The translations under genes and the position numbers were made by a program. The notes below the pieces were generated by a model. That model did not search any database and was not told where the DNA came from. It saw only the letters and a list, made by a program, of their open reading frames with translations. From Eledone cirrhosa (Eukaryota), in contig OZ024743.1 in assembly GCA_964016885.1 (NCBI GenBank), positions 178,312,001 through 178,376,000 of the forward strand: 64,000 bases of DNA, in the 5' to 3' direction. Positions within the stretch are counted from its first letter, which is position 1, and each line of letters opens with the position of its first letter. Shown here one piece after another: positions 62,270 through 64,000 of the stretch.

Positions 62270-62869
62270 GTGGCTGCCAACTCGTTTTCGAGTACGGCCA
62301 CTACTTTATATCCATGTAGGAGAACCCCTACCGATGCGCTAAACAAGTGTGACTTTTAGTCCAGCCAGCGACTTGAAAACTCTGGTACAAACACTACACC
62401 TGTGACAATTATTGACACATAGTGTTGGGCCCTTGGTACCATGTGACGACAAGTGTAGAGAGATCTCCAGATATAAAGCAATGCCTGTGCCGTGAAGCTT
62501 TTATAGTGAGCAAAGGCACTGCACAAAGCCAGTCCCACTCTCTTAACCCAAGATGATATTTACCAAAAAGAAGAATAAGTCAACATCATTGGATACCATC
62601 AGGGTTGCAGGTGTTATATCAGAGTTTTCCTTCTCCTAGAATTCTGCCTTGACAAAGGCTAAGGGGTCATCTCTCTCGGTGATTTTGGATGGCCATTAAC
62701 TCTCAAGAGCTCCTTTGCCAGGTTTTGTTTTTAGTCCTGCAGGATGTCCAAAGTCACCCTCCTAACCAAGAAACCTTGGTGGGGTTGCCAGTTTAGTCGC
62801 CAACGACCCGACCATGGGACAGGTTGTACTGGGATACATGTTACCAGTAGCACCAACTGGTGACCTGAC
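62270..62869 (-). mobile_element. Probable 5' UTR of another RTE family
   Basis: Contains ctaggagaaggaaaactctga, related to ctaggagagctaccactccga at 48761, and an HDV-ribozyme-like 5' end. The 3' boundary is approximate. Confidence 0.55.
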
Positions 62870-63386
62870 ATATATACACATACATACATATATACACACA
62901 CATTCAACACAGAGAAAGGAGTTTAGCAACAGATCAGTGATATATATATACATACATATGTATATATACACACATTCAACACAGAGAAAGGAGTTTGGCA
63001 ACAGGTCAGACACCTTAGTGTAGATAGGGTAATGACTATATATATATAGTTCAAGGAGACAACAAACAGAGGTACAAAAGTCTTATTAGTTTCATGCTTT
63101 ATATATATATATGGGATAACAAGTTATCATTATAGGTAATCCAGTTAGAGGTTGTGAGTACTCTGTACTGTGGATAGTTTTAACGTACGGCTTTGTTTGA
63201 CTCAACAAGATGTTTCCATAGTTAGGCAGCGAGTTCGCGGGAATTCCTATGTAGGTTATAGTTGGAGTAATAATAGTGAAAGAATGAAGAGTAACATGGT
63301 TGGGTGTACAACATTGATCAGGTGAGTCTATACTCACCTGATCAATGAAACCATGTTACTCTTCATTCATTCTTTCACTATATATA

Positions 63387-63656
63387 TCATCATCATTTCA
63401 TCATTTCATTTTACGTCCGCCTTTTCCCTGCTTGCAAGGGTGGGATGAAAACTGATTCTGGCTTGATTTCTACAGCTGGATGCCCTTCCTAACACCAACC
63501 TCATTTACAGTGAGTGCTGGGTGCTTTTTTGCCGTGGCACCTCCACGACCACTTTGCAGTGGAATGATAGGGACCCCAGTCCCTATCATCGCATTTCTAC
63601 AGCTGAGTAAACTGGAGCAATGTGAAATAAAGTGTCTTGCTCAAGGAAACAACACA
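63387..63656 (-). mobile_element. 5'-truncated SINE with RTE tail
   Basis: Matches 40845-41100. Confidence 0.88.
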
Positions 63657-63803
63657 AGTTATACATACATATATACATACATACATACACAAACATATCC
63701 ACACACATGCAGTGTGGTGTGGTTGATATGATATCAATGTTGTATTGTTGTTGATAGAATTAATTATAACAAACAGCAAACATTATGAGAAATACTGCCT
63801 TAC

Positions 63804-63865
63804 TTTCATTAAATCTAGCAGGGTCAACTGTGAGGTCACGTTGTACAAATTTGAAATTCAGATCC
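63804..63865 (-). CDS. Possible small exon (DLNFKFVQRDLTVDPARFNE), gene assignment unknown
   Basis: Polypyrimidine tract plus AG, gtaagg donor, and one open frame. Its phase-1 end is compatible with the 32018 exon, but I see no similarity to WDR93. Confidence 0.25.
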
Positions 63866-64000
63866 CTAAAAATAAAGCAGAAATTGAAAATGGAAATTAG
63901 TTGAGGAAAATTAGAATGCATATATTGATTACTTCTAAGCCCCAGGTCAGCTCTTGGATCAAGGGTATTCCATCTGTCACAATTCTATCTTTTTCTCAAG

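Overview
AT-rich, repeat-saturated animal genomic DNA. The repeat families and long (TA)n tracts resemble an octopus/coleoid cephalopod genome (inference, not proven). The only host gene I can support is a minus-strand WDR93 orthologue, seen as four internal exons (31884-32018, 16745-16940, 15853-15913, 14612-14813) with GT-AG ends and compatible phases. The rest of the window appears intronic and is dominated by about 20 copies or fragments of RTE-clade LINEs in three families (called A1, A2 and B here). All three families carry a C4HC3 PHD-type zinc finger inserted inside the reverse transcriptase. One A2 copy (18629-23084) is full length, with a single 1-nt frameshift in a G run. Also present: tRNA-derived SINEs with RTE-derived tails, a young CR1/L2-type LINE inside a 42-bp minisatellite, two Penelope-like GIY-YIG remnants, a CRE-like endonuclease remnant, a probable non-autonomous Helitron, MITEs, four minisatellites and several near-perfect palindromes (75-650 bp). 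The most notable system is the PHD-finger RTE/SINE set. Its A1 copies are almost always bounded by (TA)n tracts, and one sequence module is shared between the 5' UTR of family B, the 3' UTR of family A, the SINE body and a minisatellite. All family assignments come from reading motifs by eye; no database search was run.
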